Positions 12,454 to 25,051 of a DNA stretch of 64,000 nucleotides are shown piece after piece. The stretch's first letter is position 1; each line of letters opens with the position of its first letter. This DNA comes from Camelus dromedarius. Lineage: Eukaryota. A model generated the notes under the pieces. That model ran no database searches. It worked only from the letters and a program-made list of their open reading frames with translations, and was not told where the DNA came from. Both the position numbers and the translations under genes were made by a program. Where the stretch lies: assembly GCF_036321535.1 (NCBI RefSeq), contig NC_087437.1, positions 40,240,001-40,304,000 of the forward strand, written 5' to 3'.

Positions 12454-12966
12454 TAAGGGGGAGGAAACCAGAATGTGTGACCCCCAAACATGCTTCTTTG
12501 CCGAAATTATTTTGAGCTGAAGGCAATTAAGAAGCAGCAAACAGAAGAAAAGCTTTCTCTCCTGTCCACCTTTTCTGCCTAAAGGTAGGATACAAATTCT
12601 TGTTTACTGGAGATGATTCTCAACTCTTACTAGCCCAGGGACAGCACTTGAGGAATCTGCAAGCAGACCTTAGCTCCATTAGTTTCTTCCCATGTAGTTT
12701 GCCGCCCTTGGAAGCCTAAAACTGCTTTCTTTGTCTTGTCATTTTCTACAGATTTATTGGTTTTTTGTTGAAGATGCTATATAAGCAGGAGTTCTAAGCC
12801 ACCTTTTTTAATTGTTATTTCTCTTTCCCCAAGTTTCTCCCATGCATTTACAAGATTTACATGTTAACAAACTTCTGTTTGTTCTTCCCTTACTTACCTG
12901 TCTTTGTTGCAGGAGCCCCAGCTGAGAACACAGAAGGGTAGAAGGAAAGATTTTTCTTCCCCTACA
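12454..12966 (+). mobile_element. MER34/MER39-like solo LTR (ERV1)
   Basis: CCAGAATGTGTGACCCCCAAAC...TTATTTTGAGCTGAAGGCAATT..., TATATAA at ~12778, ending GAAGGGTAGAAGGAAAGATTTTTCTTCCCCTACA. Confidence 0.75.
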
Positions 12967-13203
12967 AACATACTTAGTTTGGATATGGAAGCAAGGAAGG
13001 GAAAGTGCAAAATAAAAACTAAATGCAAATAATTTTTGCCTTATTTGGTATCATGCTGTATTTGCATGCATATTCAACTGTATTTGGATATTCAAAAATT
13101 TCAGTTTTTCTATTAGCTTATTATGGGTGCTTTAACCCCTTTGTTTTGAATATATACAATTTTCTTTTCTTTTTCCTTCCCCAGTTATACTAAGGTATAT
13201 TTT

Positions 13204-13342
13204 CATTCTTTTTTGTGGAGGGGGGAATAGGTAATTAGGTATATTTATTTATTTATTTACTTTAATGGAGGTACTGGGGATCAAATCCAGTACCTGGTGC
13301 ATGCTAAGGATGCACTCTACCACTGGGCTGTACCTGCCCACC
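13204..13342 (-). mobile_element. Vic-1-type camelid SINE
   Basis: tRNA-derived head on the minus strand. Perfect 14-bp TSD CTAAGGTATATTTT at 13190-13203 and 13343-13356. Confidence 0.88.
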
Positions 13343-13997
13343 CTAAGGTATATTTTATCACAATAAACTGCACATATTTAGAGCACATGATCTGATGAAT
13401 TTTGACCCATGGACATACCAGTGAAAGCATCACAAGATAATAAACATATTCATTATCTCCCTGAAGTTTCCTCGTGCCCTTTTCTAATTAATTCACCCCG
13501 ACTCCTTCACTCCTCAAATACTAACCTGTTTTCTGTTCACTATAGATTAGTTTGCATTTTCTAGAGTTTTACATAAATGAAATTATACAGTATGTACTCT
13601 TTCACATTATTTTGAGATTTACCTGTTGCACTTATCGTTGGTTTGCCCATTTTTATTGCTGAGAAGTATTCTATTGTATAGAATCAGTAAAACCTGTTTA
13701 TTCACTCACTCATGGATGGCCATTAGGTTGTTTCCAGGTTTTGACTACGTACATTTGTGAATAAGTCTTTGTGTGAATATGTTACTGATCCTTTCAAGTA
13801 GGGCCCCAGCAAGGGTCCTCCTGCCTAGTGCTGACTGAGCCAATAGAATGAGACTGAGTTAGGTTCAAAAGCAAAGGAAAGCTTTATTCTTTGAGGAGAG
13901 AATGAACAAGTGTGAGCTTGACCCTACAGCCCACGTTCTGTCCATAGGCAAGGCTGCTTTAGGGGGATCTCATCAGCAGGGAGAAGGCGGAGTTCTG

Positions 13998-14146
13998 GCG
14001 GGGCAGAGAGTTCTCGCGGGGCAGAGAGTTCTCGCGGGGTAGAGAGTTCTCGCGGGGCAGAGAGTTCTCGCGGGGCAGAGTTCTCGCGGGGTAGAGAGTT
14101 CTCGCGGGGCAGAGTTCTCGAGGGGCAGAGACTTCTCGCGGGGCAG
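13998..14146. repeat. Minisatellite, ~8.5 copies of 16-18 bp GCGGGG(C/T)AG(AG)AGTTCTC inside the ERV 3' LTR
   Basis: Directly visible tandem array. Produces the repetitive ORFs 13959..14165 and 13973..14161. Confidence 0.97.
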
Positions 14147-14609
14147 GCCTAGCTGGACCACTCACAGCCTCATATCATCACGCCAGGCTCAGCATCTCTG
14201 TACAAGGCCTACCAAGCTGAGGTGTCCGATGCAGCCTTTTCACAGGAGGAACGCTGAACTACAAGGTGCGAGCCCTCTGCGGCCAGTACCCTATGAAGAA
14301 ACTACAGGAAGCACAAAGGAAAAGAAAAAAGGTTAGACTTTATTTTATTACCCAGATTCTGTTTTTCTTTCCCTGGAATCATTAACAAGCGGATTTTGCC
14401 GGTGACAACCCCTCCTCTGTCTTTTGCTCCTCATTTTGAGAGGCACTCGTTTTGTAACCGCTGCCTGCTGATTTCTGGCATCATCTTAACCCTGAGTAGA
14501 GGAGCAGAGCTTCTCCCCAGCTGCTTTTAAATGTGTTTGATTGTCACCAAGCCTTAGCCCTAACTGTTCGCATCCCTAAAGTGATTGCCATTTGAAGTTT
14601 TACAGATTC

Positions 14610-15086
14610 TGTTACCTACCTGGGTCCTTGGCCTGTTTAATCAATAGAAATTGATAAGAGGACAGATGAGAAATTCAGGCAAGGCTTTACTGGAACTAGT
14701 GCTACAGCAGGAGGGAGTGAAAACAAGAAACAGGTGCCCTTGCTTACTTCCCAAGGGGAGGGCAAGCTGGTTCCTGAAGTGGGTAAGAACAGGGGTGGGT
14801 CCATGGGTGGGGCAGGAGGCATAACTTAGGTGGTCTGCCCACCCCCTTGGTGGTGCTGTGTGCAGAGATTATGCGCAGGTCCCTCCTATTGCTCCTGGCA
14901 CCTCAGAAGTGGCAGTTGGTTTGTGGCCTTTTTGTATTTTATTGTTCTTAATTGCCCCAACTGTGCATGGGTGAAGTTATTTTTAGTTCCTTGTAGTTTC
15001 TTCGTGTTCTGTTGCTCAAGGAGACATTTGTCCAGGTGCAAACACCGTGGTAAAGGGTTGCAGGTCCCAGGTCCCAGCCTGTCTTA
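14610..15086 (-). mobile_element. Second LTR nested in the ERV internal region
   Basis: Begins TGTTACC, has LTR-like U5/R text, and ends GGTCCCAGGTCCCAGCCTGTCTTA. Unrelated to the flanking LTR pair; no clean TSD. Confidence 0.6.
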
Positions 15087-15565
15087 TAAACTTATAACAA
15101 AGGACGCCAGACAATTTAAGATACACAGCCCAAATATCAGCAAGAGGACAACGGTGATTAAGCGGCCCCAGAAATGTAGAAACCAAGGGGTAGTGGGAAG
15201 GACCTGTTTTACCCAGCTCTAAATTTGTTAGGTCAGATTAGGCTGGCTGGCTTCTGCTCTTTTCCAGTGGCCTGTCTGCACTTTCTTCAGTCAGGCCACT
15301 TGAATTGATGTAAAATCAACATGACTAACTGGCCAGTGCACAGGCCCCTCTCTTGTCAGCCAACAGATTAATCTAGGGCCAATTCAGTCATTTAGGACCA
15401 TACTGACCAGTGAGCCAACAGATTTTTGTTTGGTGTTTAAAGATTTGGGCTGCTTCACAGGTAGTTTGCATTTAGGGGCTTACCCAAGAACATGTATCCT
15501 CTTTCTAAGCACACTGGCCCTATGCCATTGGCTTGAATCCTCAAAGAGTCAGTGCTCTGTTGTTT

Positions 15566-15600
<35 letters not shown>

Positions 15601-16059
15601 CCATGTAAGTATAGCTAGGGCCCTCCTGGGGCACCCAGGTGCCAAACTCGGCTGCGCTTTCCCTCGTCGGACTGCCAGATTAACACGTTGTTGATGCTGT
15701 TGGTCCATGAGTGTCACAACTGAGACTAGTTTCGACTTCAACTTATTTACAGTTTTTGCCTGCTGAGAGGAGGAAGGTCTTTAGTGCTTCTCAGTTATTG
15801 GGGTTCCTTTTAAATGTGTGTGATTGTCCTTTCCTATTTCAGGTTGGATGTGACAAATGTAACAATTAGGGAAGTCCATTATTCCTGAATATCTCTGGTC
15901 ACATTATACAAGAAATTTGTTTGCCATGAGGTGACAGCAAATTCCTGTTGAAGCCGCATGTTCTGGCTTTGTCTATTTTTTCCTTTGCATAGATTGGGGA
16001 ATAATTGAATAGATCTGGCCTTCAAGGTATGAGGGATAGTTGTCAAATTACTGGTTCTA

Positions 16060-16470
16060 GGACTGCCCTTTTGGCAGCTGCATCTACCTTATTTCCTTTA
16101 TGACCTCTGCGTTCCCTTTTAGTGACCCCTACAGTGAATCACTGCCACCTTTTTGGGAAGTTGTGCTGCTTCTAAGAGTTTCGGTATGCTTCACCTGTTT
16201 ATTCTCTGCAGGAAGCGTACCTCTTTCCTTCCAAATAACCCTGTATGCATGTAGGATGGCATATGCATACTATGCTGGGAATCTGTGTAAACACTGAAGA
16301 TCTCTGTCCTGAGCTTCAAGGCTCAGGTGAGGGCTGTCAGCTCCACCTTTTAGGCAGGGGTCCCTGGGGATAGGCTTCTTGTTTCTATTACCTGGGTCTG
16401 GGAGGTTACTGCATATCCTGCCAGCCTTTTTCCCTCCCTCATAAAACTGCTCCTGTCTGTGAACCATTCC
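16060..16470 (-). pseudogene. ERV pol RNase H remnant
   Basis: WFTDRSSFMREGKRLAGYAV..., VELTALT*AL, VYTDS, LPKKVAVIHCRGH* across frameshifts are gammaretrovirus-like RNase H motifs. Confidence 0.88.
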
Positions 16471-18090
16471 TCTTCAGAGTTCTGGGAGGCTCGCTTCCTA
16501 GGCCAGGACAACTGGAATAGATTGTCTACTGTTTCTATACCATCTTGTTCCAAGGGCATCCAGTAATGCTGGAAGGCCAGCCACAGGCAGTGGGCAGACA
16601 TGCATGAGTTTTAGTCTCCAATCCCTAGTGATGCCACAGTATGCTCCCCTCAAGTGGGTACAGACCAGATGATTCTGGGGGCTACACTCTGTGCACACTG
16701 CACCTGGGTTTCTGGGCAGAGTTGCTCTGAATTTGGCCAAAGACTGCTGCCATTCTTCCCCTTCAGAGTGTACTCAAAGACTAGAGTTGATCATCCTCAC
16801 GGAAACCTCCCAAAGCTTCTGTCATTTCCCACTGGAGCCAGGGTGAGCCTGGAGCCTGGTGGATACATGCAGGCAAAAAGGCCATGGTCCATCCCATCAG
16901 GGTTGCCAGAATTTGTTACCTATGCTTTTGAGTTGGGTGCCAACAAGGATCCTTCTGCCTGGTGTCACTCATACCAATAGAATGAGACCGAGTTTGGTTC
17001 AGAAGCAAAGGAAAGCTTTATTCTTTGATCAAAGAATGGAGAGGTGTGACCTCATGCTCTAAAGTACTTGCTCTCTCCGAAAGGCCCTTGGCAGGGTTGC
17101 TTCATAGAGTTTTCATCTGCGGAGGGAAGGGGTGGAGTTCTTGCAGTTCCAGCACTATCGTGTTGCTCCCTACACTTCAGACTGAAATGCCAGGTGCAGC
17201 ATCTCTGCACATGGTATACAGTCACCTTGAATTGAGGGGTTGAGAGCAGCACTTCTGCACATGGCCTGCCAAGTTGGGGTGTCGGGAGCACAGTTCTTCG
17301 CTGGGAGCTCTAATCCAAAGTGTTAGGTGCAAAGCCTCTTTACACGGCCACCTATAGGCAAGTGAAACTAGATTAAGCACAAAAGAAGAGGTTAGACCTT
17401 ATCACCTAGATTTCATCTTATTTTTCCCAGAGACCTCAGTGGGCTTTGCTAGTGACAAGTATGTTTTTCTTTCTCTCAAGTGAATACTTAGTAGTACAAT
17501 GGTTAACTCATGAGACAGATGTGTGTTTAAGTTCGTAAGAAGTTGCCAAACTGCCACTGCTTTCCAAAATGGTCACACCGTTTTACATACTCATCGGCCG
17601 TGTGTGAGAAAGTTCCAGTTGTTCCACGTCCTTGCCAACACTGTATGGTCAGTCTTAAATTTTAGCCAGTTGGAAGTGCATAGTGATAATATGTTACTTT
17701 TGCTCTACCTCCTGAGGCAGCATGACAGCACTGTTTTCCTAATTTTCTAAATATTACTCATCATTTAAGGCCAAGCACAATATAGCATGTCCTTCAATGA
17801 AATATTAAGCAATTGCAAGTAAATCAATAAGTCCTCTGTTTATGCTGATATGGAACAATCTCCAAGATGTATTAAGTGAAAATAGTGATATTTAACATAT
17901 TACAGTGCTTTCTACGTGCTAGGTGCTGTTCTAAGTATTTAATATGCATTAGCTCGTTTAATCCTTAACAACCTTAAGAGACAGGTACTCATACTTTCCT
18001 CCATTTTAGAGACTGGAAAACAGTCTCAGTAACTTTTGCCCAAGGTCACACTGGTAAAAAAAAAAAAAAATGACAGAGCCAAGATTGGAA

Positions 18091-18613
18091 TGTTGCAGCA
18101 AAGTGTGTTACGGCTCAGTGTTACAGCTAGGTTGTGACAGCAACCTGGATCCTGGCAAGTGACCAAGCAGCACTTGGAAGGTTGGAGAACTCAGGTTTAT
18201 TACACTGGCGGGCCCAGAGGAGTTAACACTCCAAGCTCTGGACCCCGTCTGTAGGTTTACACAGGCTTTTATAGGCTGCCAGTCTACACTTTGCAGTATC
18301 ATATGCAAATAAGGTGTCACAAAGTTGACTAATTAGGAATGAGCTTTGTAGAAATGGACTGATCAGGAGTGACAGAAATGGGCTAACCAGGAGTGAGCTC
18401 CATGCAAATAAGGTGCTACAAATGGACCAATTAGGAGTTAGCGTAGGGAACCAATAGAATCTTAGTGGTAAGTTCTGCTTTTCTAGAAGCAAGCCATTTC
18501 AAAGGCAAAAAGCAAGGTAATGCTGCAGGGCCAGGGAACTGGATGGTGCTGGCAGGAGAGTAGTGGCCCTGCTTGGAGGTCCTGCCGTCTTTTTCATGGG
18601 GCTTCCCACCTCA
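18091..18613 (-). mobile_element. Solo LTR inserted in a MIR
   Basis: TG...CA ends and TSD GGAA/AGAA. Minus-strand TATAAAA (~18267-18273) and AATAAA (~18196-18201). MIR text at 17890-18090 resumes after 18617. Confidence 0.75.
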
Positions 18614-18647
18614 AGAACACAGGCTTCAGAATCTTAGCTTTGTTTTT

Positions 18648-19265
18648 CTTCCAGTTTTATTGAGATACAATTAACATACAGCACTTAATAAGTTTAAGGT
18701 GTACAGCAATGATGATTTGACTTACATGATGGAATGATTATCATATAAGTTTAGTGAACATCCATCATCTCACATAGATACAAAAGAAAAGAAAAAGAAA
18801 AATTTTTTTTTGCTTATGATGAGAACTCTTAGGATTTGCTCTCTTAGCTTTCATGTACAACATACAGCAGTGTTAATTATATTAATCATGTATATTATAT
18901 CCCTAGGACTTACTTATAACTGGAAGGTTATACCTTCTGACCGTCTTCCTCCAATTCCTTCTCCCTGCCTACCTCCTGCCTCTGGCAACCACAAATCTTA
19001 TCTTTTTCTATGAGTTTGGTTTTTTTCTTGACATATACTTGACCTACAATACTGTCTTAGTTCCTGGTGCACAACATAGTAATTCAGTATTTCTGTACAC
19101 TATACAAAATGATCACCATGATAAGTCTAGTTACCATCTGTCATCATGCAAAGGTATTACATTATTATTGACTGTATTTCCCTCTCTGTACATTTCATCC
19201 CCATGACTCATTTATCGTGCTCCTGGAGTTTGTACCTCTTCATCCCCCTCATCTATTTCCCTCAG
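18648..19265 (-). mobile_element. L1 3' end (L1MA9/artiodactyl-like)
   Basis: TTTATTGAGATACAATTAACATACAGC...GAGAACTCTTAGGATT...CTCTGGCAACCAC. Confidence 0.75.
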
Positions 19266-20495
19266 CCCACTACCCAAAGCCTCGGCTTTTAGTAGTTATA
19301 CCATACTACCACTCTGTGTTTCAAGGCACAGAGTAGCTACATTTGTAATTTTAAAGGGGGAGAATATACCTACTCACATTTACATATGCACAAAACATCT
19401 CTGAAAAAAGGATACAAAAAGACAGTAATATCGATTGCCTTTGAGGAGGGAAGTTGGAGTTAAAGTATAGGGGAGGAAGGAAGGTCTTTGGAATTTTTAA
19501 CTTTTGGAACTTTGAACCTTTTTACTCCAAATGTAAAATAAAATTTAAGTAGTACAAAACAACCCACAAGTCTAACTTCTTTCCAAAGTGCTTCTCAGAC
19601 ACTCAGTTCCAGACCCATGTTGCCTAACGACTGACGTTTGGTTGTTGCCTTGTTTTTCACGTAACTTGTCTTTCTTAACCAGATTATAAACACTCTGAAT
19701 GATGTACCACCTTCATACTTACAAGTCTTATAGTTCCCTGCAGTGCTCAGCACAGTACTGGACATCAGCAAATGCTTAATAAAACTTGTTTATTAACTGG
19801 TAAGCCTGTTCCCGAGAAACTGACACACATCCAACTTTATGTAGCAAGTTATCTTTTGTGACAAGAACATGCGGACTGAGTCAGCCAAGGGGAAGAGGAT
19901 CAGGCACACACTGATCACCAAGAGAGAAGCACTAAAACACCTCTTTTTAAGAAAAATTTGATATTTTATATTTGAAAAAAAATTGAAGCAGTCTTCATGA
20001 GAAATAGAAATCCTTTGCTGGATTCCCTACAAGTATTTTATAGTTTGGAGTTGTTTTTACTTGTTTACATGATAGAGAGAGCACAGTTGTCTTGTCAACA
20101 TCTGCCTGCCCGCCGGGGCCCCTAAGAACTTCATCCAGTTGGGAAATCACATGGAATGGAAGATTTTTCCATGATGATGTAATCTGTCTGTCTCCTTTTT
20201 GGATAAATTGGTGAAGCTGAGCATTTGTAGAAAAAAATCATTTAGAATCCCAAGGTATTTTACAAGTGATCAGTAAGGGTAATGAGTTACTACCACATAA
20301 TTGAAGAGATAGCCAGCCCTTCTGAAGGTGAAGGTGATTATGACCAAATAAAAAGCTCAGGACCTTTGTTTCCAATTTTGAGAACTAAACTTTTGGGATA
20401 AATCTCTAGTATAGATCTTAAAATTGGTCCAATTTTATTTTTCAGTAAGAGTAGTTGGTATTACAAAAACAGAACTTAAATGTTTGTATAGAACA

Positions 20496-21687
20496 CCTAG
20501 AGGAAAACATAGGCAAAACATTATCTGACATACATTTAAAAAATTTTCTCCTAGAAGAAATAAAAGCAAGAATAAACAAATGGGACCTAATGAAACTTAC
20601 AAGCTTCTGCACAGCAAAGGAAACCAGAAATAAAACAAGAAGAAAACCTACGGAATGGGAGAAAATTTTTGCAAGTGAAACCGACAAAGGCTTGATCTCC
20701 AGAATATATAAGCAGCTCATACGACTCAATAAGAAAAAAATAAACAACCGAATCCAAAAATGGGCAGAAGACCTAAACAAGCAATTCTCCAAGGAAAACA
20801 TACAAATGATCAAAAAGCACATGAAAAAATGCTCAATATCACTAATTATCAGAGAAAAGCAAATCAAAACTACAATGAGGTATCACCTCACACCAGTCAG
20901 AGTGGCTGTCATTCAAAAATCCACAAATGACAAATGCTGGAGAGGCTGTGGAGAAAGGGGAACCCTCCTACACTGCTGGTGGGAATGCAGTTTGGTGCAG
21001 CCACTATGGAAAACAGTGTGGAGACTCCTCAAAAGACTAGGAATAGACTTACCATATGACCCAGGAATCCCACTCCTGGGCTTGTATCCAGAAGGAAATC
21101 TACTTCAGGATGACACCTGCACCCCAATGTTCATAGCAGCACTATTTACAATAGCCAAAACATGGGAAACAGCCTAAATGTCCATCAACAGGTGACTGGA
21201 TAAAGAAGATGTGGTGTATTTATACAATGGAATACTACTCAGCCATAAAAACCGACAACATAATGCCATTTGCAGCAACATGGATGCTCCTGGAGAATGT
21301 CATTCTAAGTGAAGTAAGCCAGAAAGAGAAAGAAAAATACCATATGAGATCGCTCATATGTGGAATCTAAAAAACAAAAACAAAAACAAACAAACAAACA
21401 AAAACAAAGCGTAAATAAAGGACAGAAATAGACTCACAGACAGAGAATACAGACTTGTGGTTACCAGGGGGGTGGAGGGTGGGAAGGGATAGACTGGGAT
21501 TTCAAAATTGTAGAATAGACTACACTGTATAGCACAGGGAAATATACACAAAATGTTATGATAACTCACAGAGAAAAAAATGTGACAATGAGTGTGTATA
21601 TGTCCATGAATAACTGAAAAATTGTGCTGAACACTGGAATTTGACACAACATTGTAAAATGATTATAAATCAATAAAAAATGTTAAA
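20496..21687 (+). mobile_element. Young 5'-truncated L1 with open ORF2 C-terminus
   Basis: ORF 20455..21177 contains the Cys-rich motif [18 protein letters not shown]. Perfect 18-bp flanking repeat AAATGTTTGTATAGAACA at 20478-20495 and 21688-21705. Confidence 0.95.
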
Positions 21688-23269
21688 AAATGTTTGTATA
21701 GAACAAAATCAATAGGTAGAAACATTTCCCATCATTTGAAGAGATTATCATACAAAATTTGCAAAATATCTCTGCCTGGGTCCCTCCAATCAGAAAAACT
21801 GACTGATTCATGCAAAATGCTAGCAACAAATATCCTGCTTTCTAGGCATATTTCCATTCTTTTAGGGTCAGCAACCCTTAACTTATAGGAATGAATAACT
21901 TAGAGTAAAATTTCAGATAATGAACAATTTAGAAGTTTCTGTTTCCTCTTAAAGATGATCTTACTCTCTGAGGTCCTTCCAGCTCTTAACTTTCTTTGTG
22001 ACAGATGTAAATTATGAGTAAAATTCCATGTTTAAGTTTAGAAATTGTCAGAGGAGAAATTTTTATTTTATCCCAATTTGCATTTAAACTTTTACAAAAT
22101 GGTGGCAGGGAATGTGGCCACCGTTTCGAAAGCCAGATGCTGTTCTGACTTTTCTTTTTATTGTTTTGGAGAACAAAAGATTGTTCTTCTGTTGGGAAAA
22201 TCAGAGCTGATTTTATGTTCAGATATACTGAAGAGATAATAACAGCTTCCTTGCATAAACCACCATTACTTCCAACACCAGCCTTTCTTTCCTTTCTAAT
22301 GTTTCACAATTTCCACACGTTTCCAAGTTATTGACAAGCACGAAGGTTTGCAATTTAGATGGATATCAAAACAATTTGGCAGTAGGAGTGTCCTCATAAA
22401 CTGAGTATCATAAAAGCACAACCGAGGAAATCTGCTGCTTGTGATGGAGCAAAATCTTTACTTGAGTCTTTGAGAATTTGTCTCAACCAGATTACTTAAA
22501 CAAGTCCTCTGTGTAGCAGTCTGAGTCGTAAATATTTGTTTATCCTCTGGCTTTGTTTATCGGAATAGGAAGGCAATGAAAACGTTCTTTTACAGTAATT
22601 TGCTTTACCAGTCCTTTTTCATCAGAGCTGCTTCCCTTCTCAAAGGGAGTCACACTTCTTAACTTCACATTTTTCCTTCTCAGAGGGATGAATAGGATTC
22701 TGTTTCCACATCTCTGAAGCGAGCCTGTGTGTCTCCTCTTCTGGACATTTACCCAGCTCAGGCCTGCTCACCAGATTGTTGGACATTGAAAGAGCCTGAT
22801 GGGGTGCCAGGATACTTTAGGAATCTCAGCCGTGCTCATGGCCAAACTCTTGGCAGGAAACTGGGCTGAGCTTTCCAGGCACCAGGATTGGAGGCCAGCA
22901 GCCTGGTGTCTTTTATGATGCCTGGCTTCTCACCAGGCAAAGGTGGAGCTCTGTGCCATAGCCAAGATTCTCCCCACCCAGCTCTGTTGTGTTGGCTAAG
23001 AGGGCTATATCCAGTAACCTCCCAGGTGGCCATCATTTTTAAAATACTGTGTATTTGAAATTTATCTCATCATTTAAAATTTCTATTTAAGGTATCTTAT
23101 TATGCACATAATATGTTTAATAGCACGTGTATAATTTATAAATAAACATAGAGCAGTAATTTTCACATGAAAATATTTTCTAATGGGAGTTCAGAATAAA
23201 AAAGTTTGGATACCACTGCTCTATGAGTGAAAGCTCTGGAAAGGGTCTCTATTGCCATTTTCCCAAAAG

Positions 23270-24297
23270 CAGTTAAACATCTCATGTGCAGGATTCAAGC
23301 ACCAACTTGAAACAGTACCAAGTAGTCAAAGATGGGACAGTTGGAGCATTGATGCCAACAATGGATTAAAATATATTAAATAAATTAAAAAGTCATGAGT
23401 TCATAGTGATATGTCAAAAATAATCTCATTGGTCAACTTTGGAAGATGTTAGTGAAACAACTAATTATTCTGAGAAGAATCGAGCACTGAACCTGCCTTT
23501 CCTTTGTGAGATGTACTGTCACACGCGAGGAATAGTAGACTCAGAATATTGTCATTTGGTAAATCTCAAATGAAATAAGATGCAGGCTATGACTATCGAT
23601 AGCCATTAACATCACAAGAAGAGAGAACTGAACAGGATGTGCTTCCTGCTGGGAGGGCCAACACCATCTTTGTGTAAAGTGGTCCTGCCAAAATATCAAA
23701 CCTGAATCAGAGGAAGCCCTAGACCTTATAACAAGGTTTTAGGAAATAGAGGCTGTGGAACATATTAACACCACCACAGGAATTCAATAAGCAAAATCAA
23801 ACTGGGAGACTCGACAGGAAAGATAACCTGTTTTCTGAAACAAATGTATTTTGAGGAAAAAGAAGGGGGGAAAGAACATATGATTTAAAAGAAACCCAAG
23901 GCCCAGAAACCAAATGCAACATGTGGGCATTTTTAAAATTCTCACTCAAACAAACCAACTTTTCCAAAAACAATGAGACAGGGAAACTTGAACACTGACT
24001 GGACAATAGATATTGCTTAGAATTGTTAATGTTTTAGGTGTGGTGATCGGTTCATGATAATTTTTTGAAGGTCTTTCTGTTTTGGAGAAACATTGGTGGA
24101 TGAAATGATATCATAGCGGGCATTTGCTTCAGTACAACCCAGGATGGGGAAGGAGAAGCGGACAGCATAACTGAAACAAGAGTAGGTATGAGTTTGTAAC
24201 TGTTGTAGTGACACAGTTAGTGCACTCAGGGTCATTGTTCTAGTCTGTTTCCTTCAGTATATATTTGAAATTATCCACAATAAAAAGATTTTTTAAA
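23270..24297 (+). mobile_element. L1MC-type 3' end
   Basis: AAATGCAACATGTGG...GAGACAGGGAAACTTGAACACTGACTGG...TTTGAAATTATCCACAATAAAAAG. Confidence 0.65.
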
Positions 24298-25051
24298 GGC
24301 TTATATCCAACCACCATCTTTCATCCAATCACCATCTTTCTTTGTATTCCTAAATCGCACACCAGAGATAATGTTCCTCAGAAACAAGAATTTCAAAGGC
24401 TCTAGTGGAATCCAACAAAATTAGATGAAATAGACCAATAAATCTCTGCTCTAATTTCACCTCTAAGGAAAAGCCAAGAAAAAGAGGCCATGATTATCTT
24501 GGTCATTTTTCCATACAGGATTTCTGCTCTAGAAAGGGCAATCCTGTAGCATTTAGTGCAATTAAATATTTCATACAGGAACCATGAAGTGTTGTTGAAG
24601 CAGATGACCCTTGCTGTATGCCCCAATGTGCTAACTCACTGCTCCTCTCCACCCTCACCTGACCTCTGGAGGACTGGCACGGTGGCAATGCTGTAGACAG
24701 GCTTCAATGGATCCATTCATCAAAATACTTTGAAAAGGAGACAACTGGGTGTTTAACCCAATTTTGTTTGTCATGTTTTAAAAATATTAATGGTTGCTGG
24801 GCATATAATAATGGCCTGTTCATTGTTCAAGTGTTGACTGAATGGTTATTTGTGCATGTAGGATTTTATAGGATTTACACTTGTGCTTCAGCAGAGAGGA
24901 CATCCTAGTCATTCACCAGAACATGGCCTAGATGGAGAGACAACATGATTTAAGGGGCATAACCTCATTGTGATAGTGGGAGCTGCCATACCTTTGGTTT
25001 CCTGATATTATAACTAAAATATTCCAGTACTGGTGCTCTGAGGACTGAACT

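Larger units (their letters stand above)
13780..17457 (-). mobile_element. Internally deleted class I ERV provirus (3' LTR 13780-14407, 5' LTR 16914-17457) inserted in an L1MB
   Basis: Two related TG...CA LTRs, a polypurine tract next to 14407, PBS at 16891-16908, and 4-bp TSD AATA/AGTA. Host L1MB text resumes at 17462. Confidence 0.88.

Noticed and set aside
13959..14165. Repetitive ORFs (PRENSL)n / (PARTLC)n and a CRISPR-like appearance
   Set aside because: Translations of a head-to-tail minisatellite with no unique spacers, in a mammalian genome.
15567..15598. T32 tract in the ERV (also A tracts near 48832 and 62630)
   Set aside because: No adjacent retrocopy body or TSD; treated as simple mononucleotide expansions.
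20442..20867. 141-aa hydrophobic minus-strand ORF
   Set aside because: Antisense of L1 ORF2.
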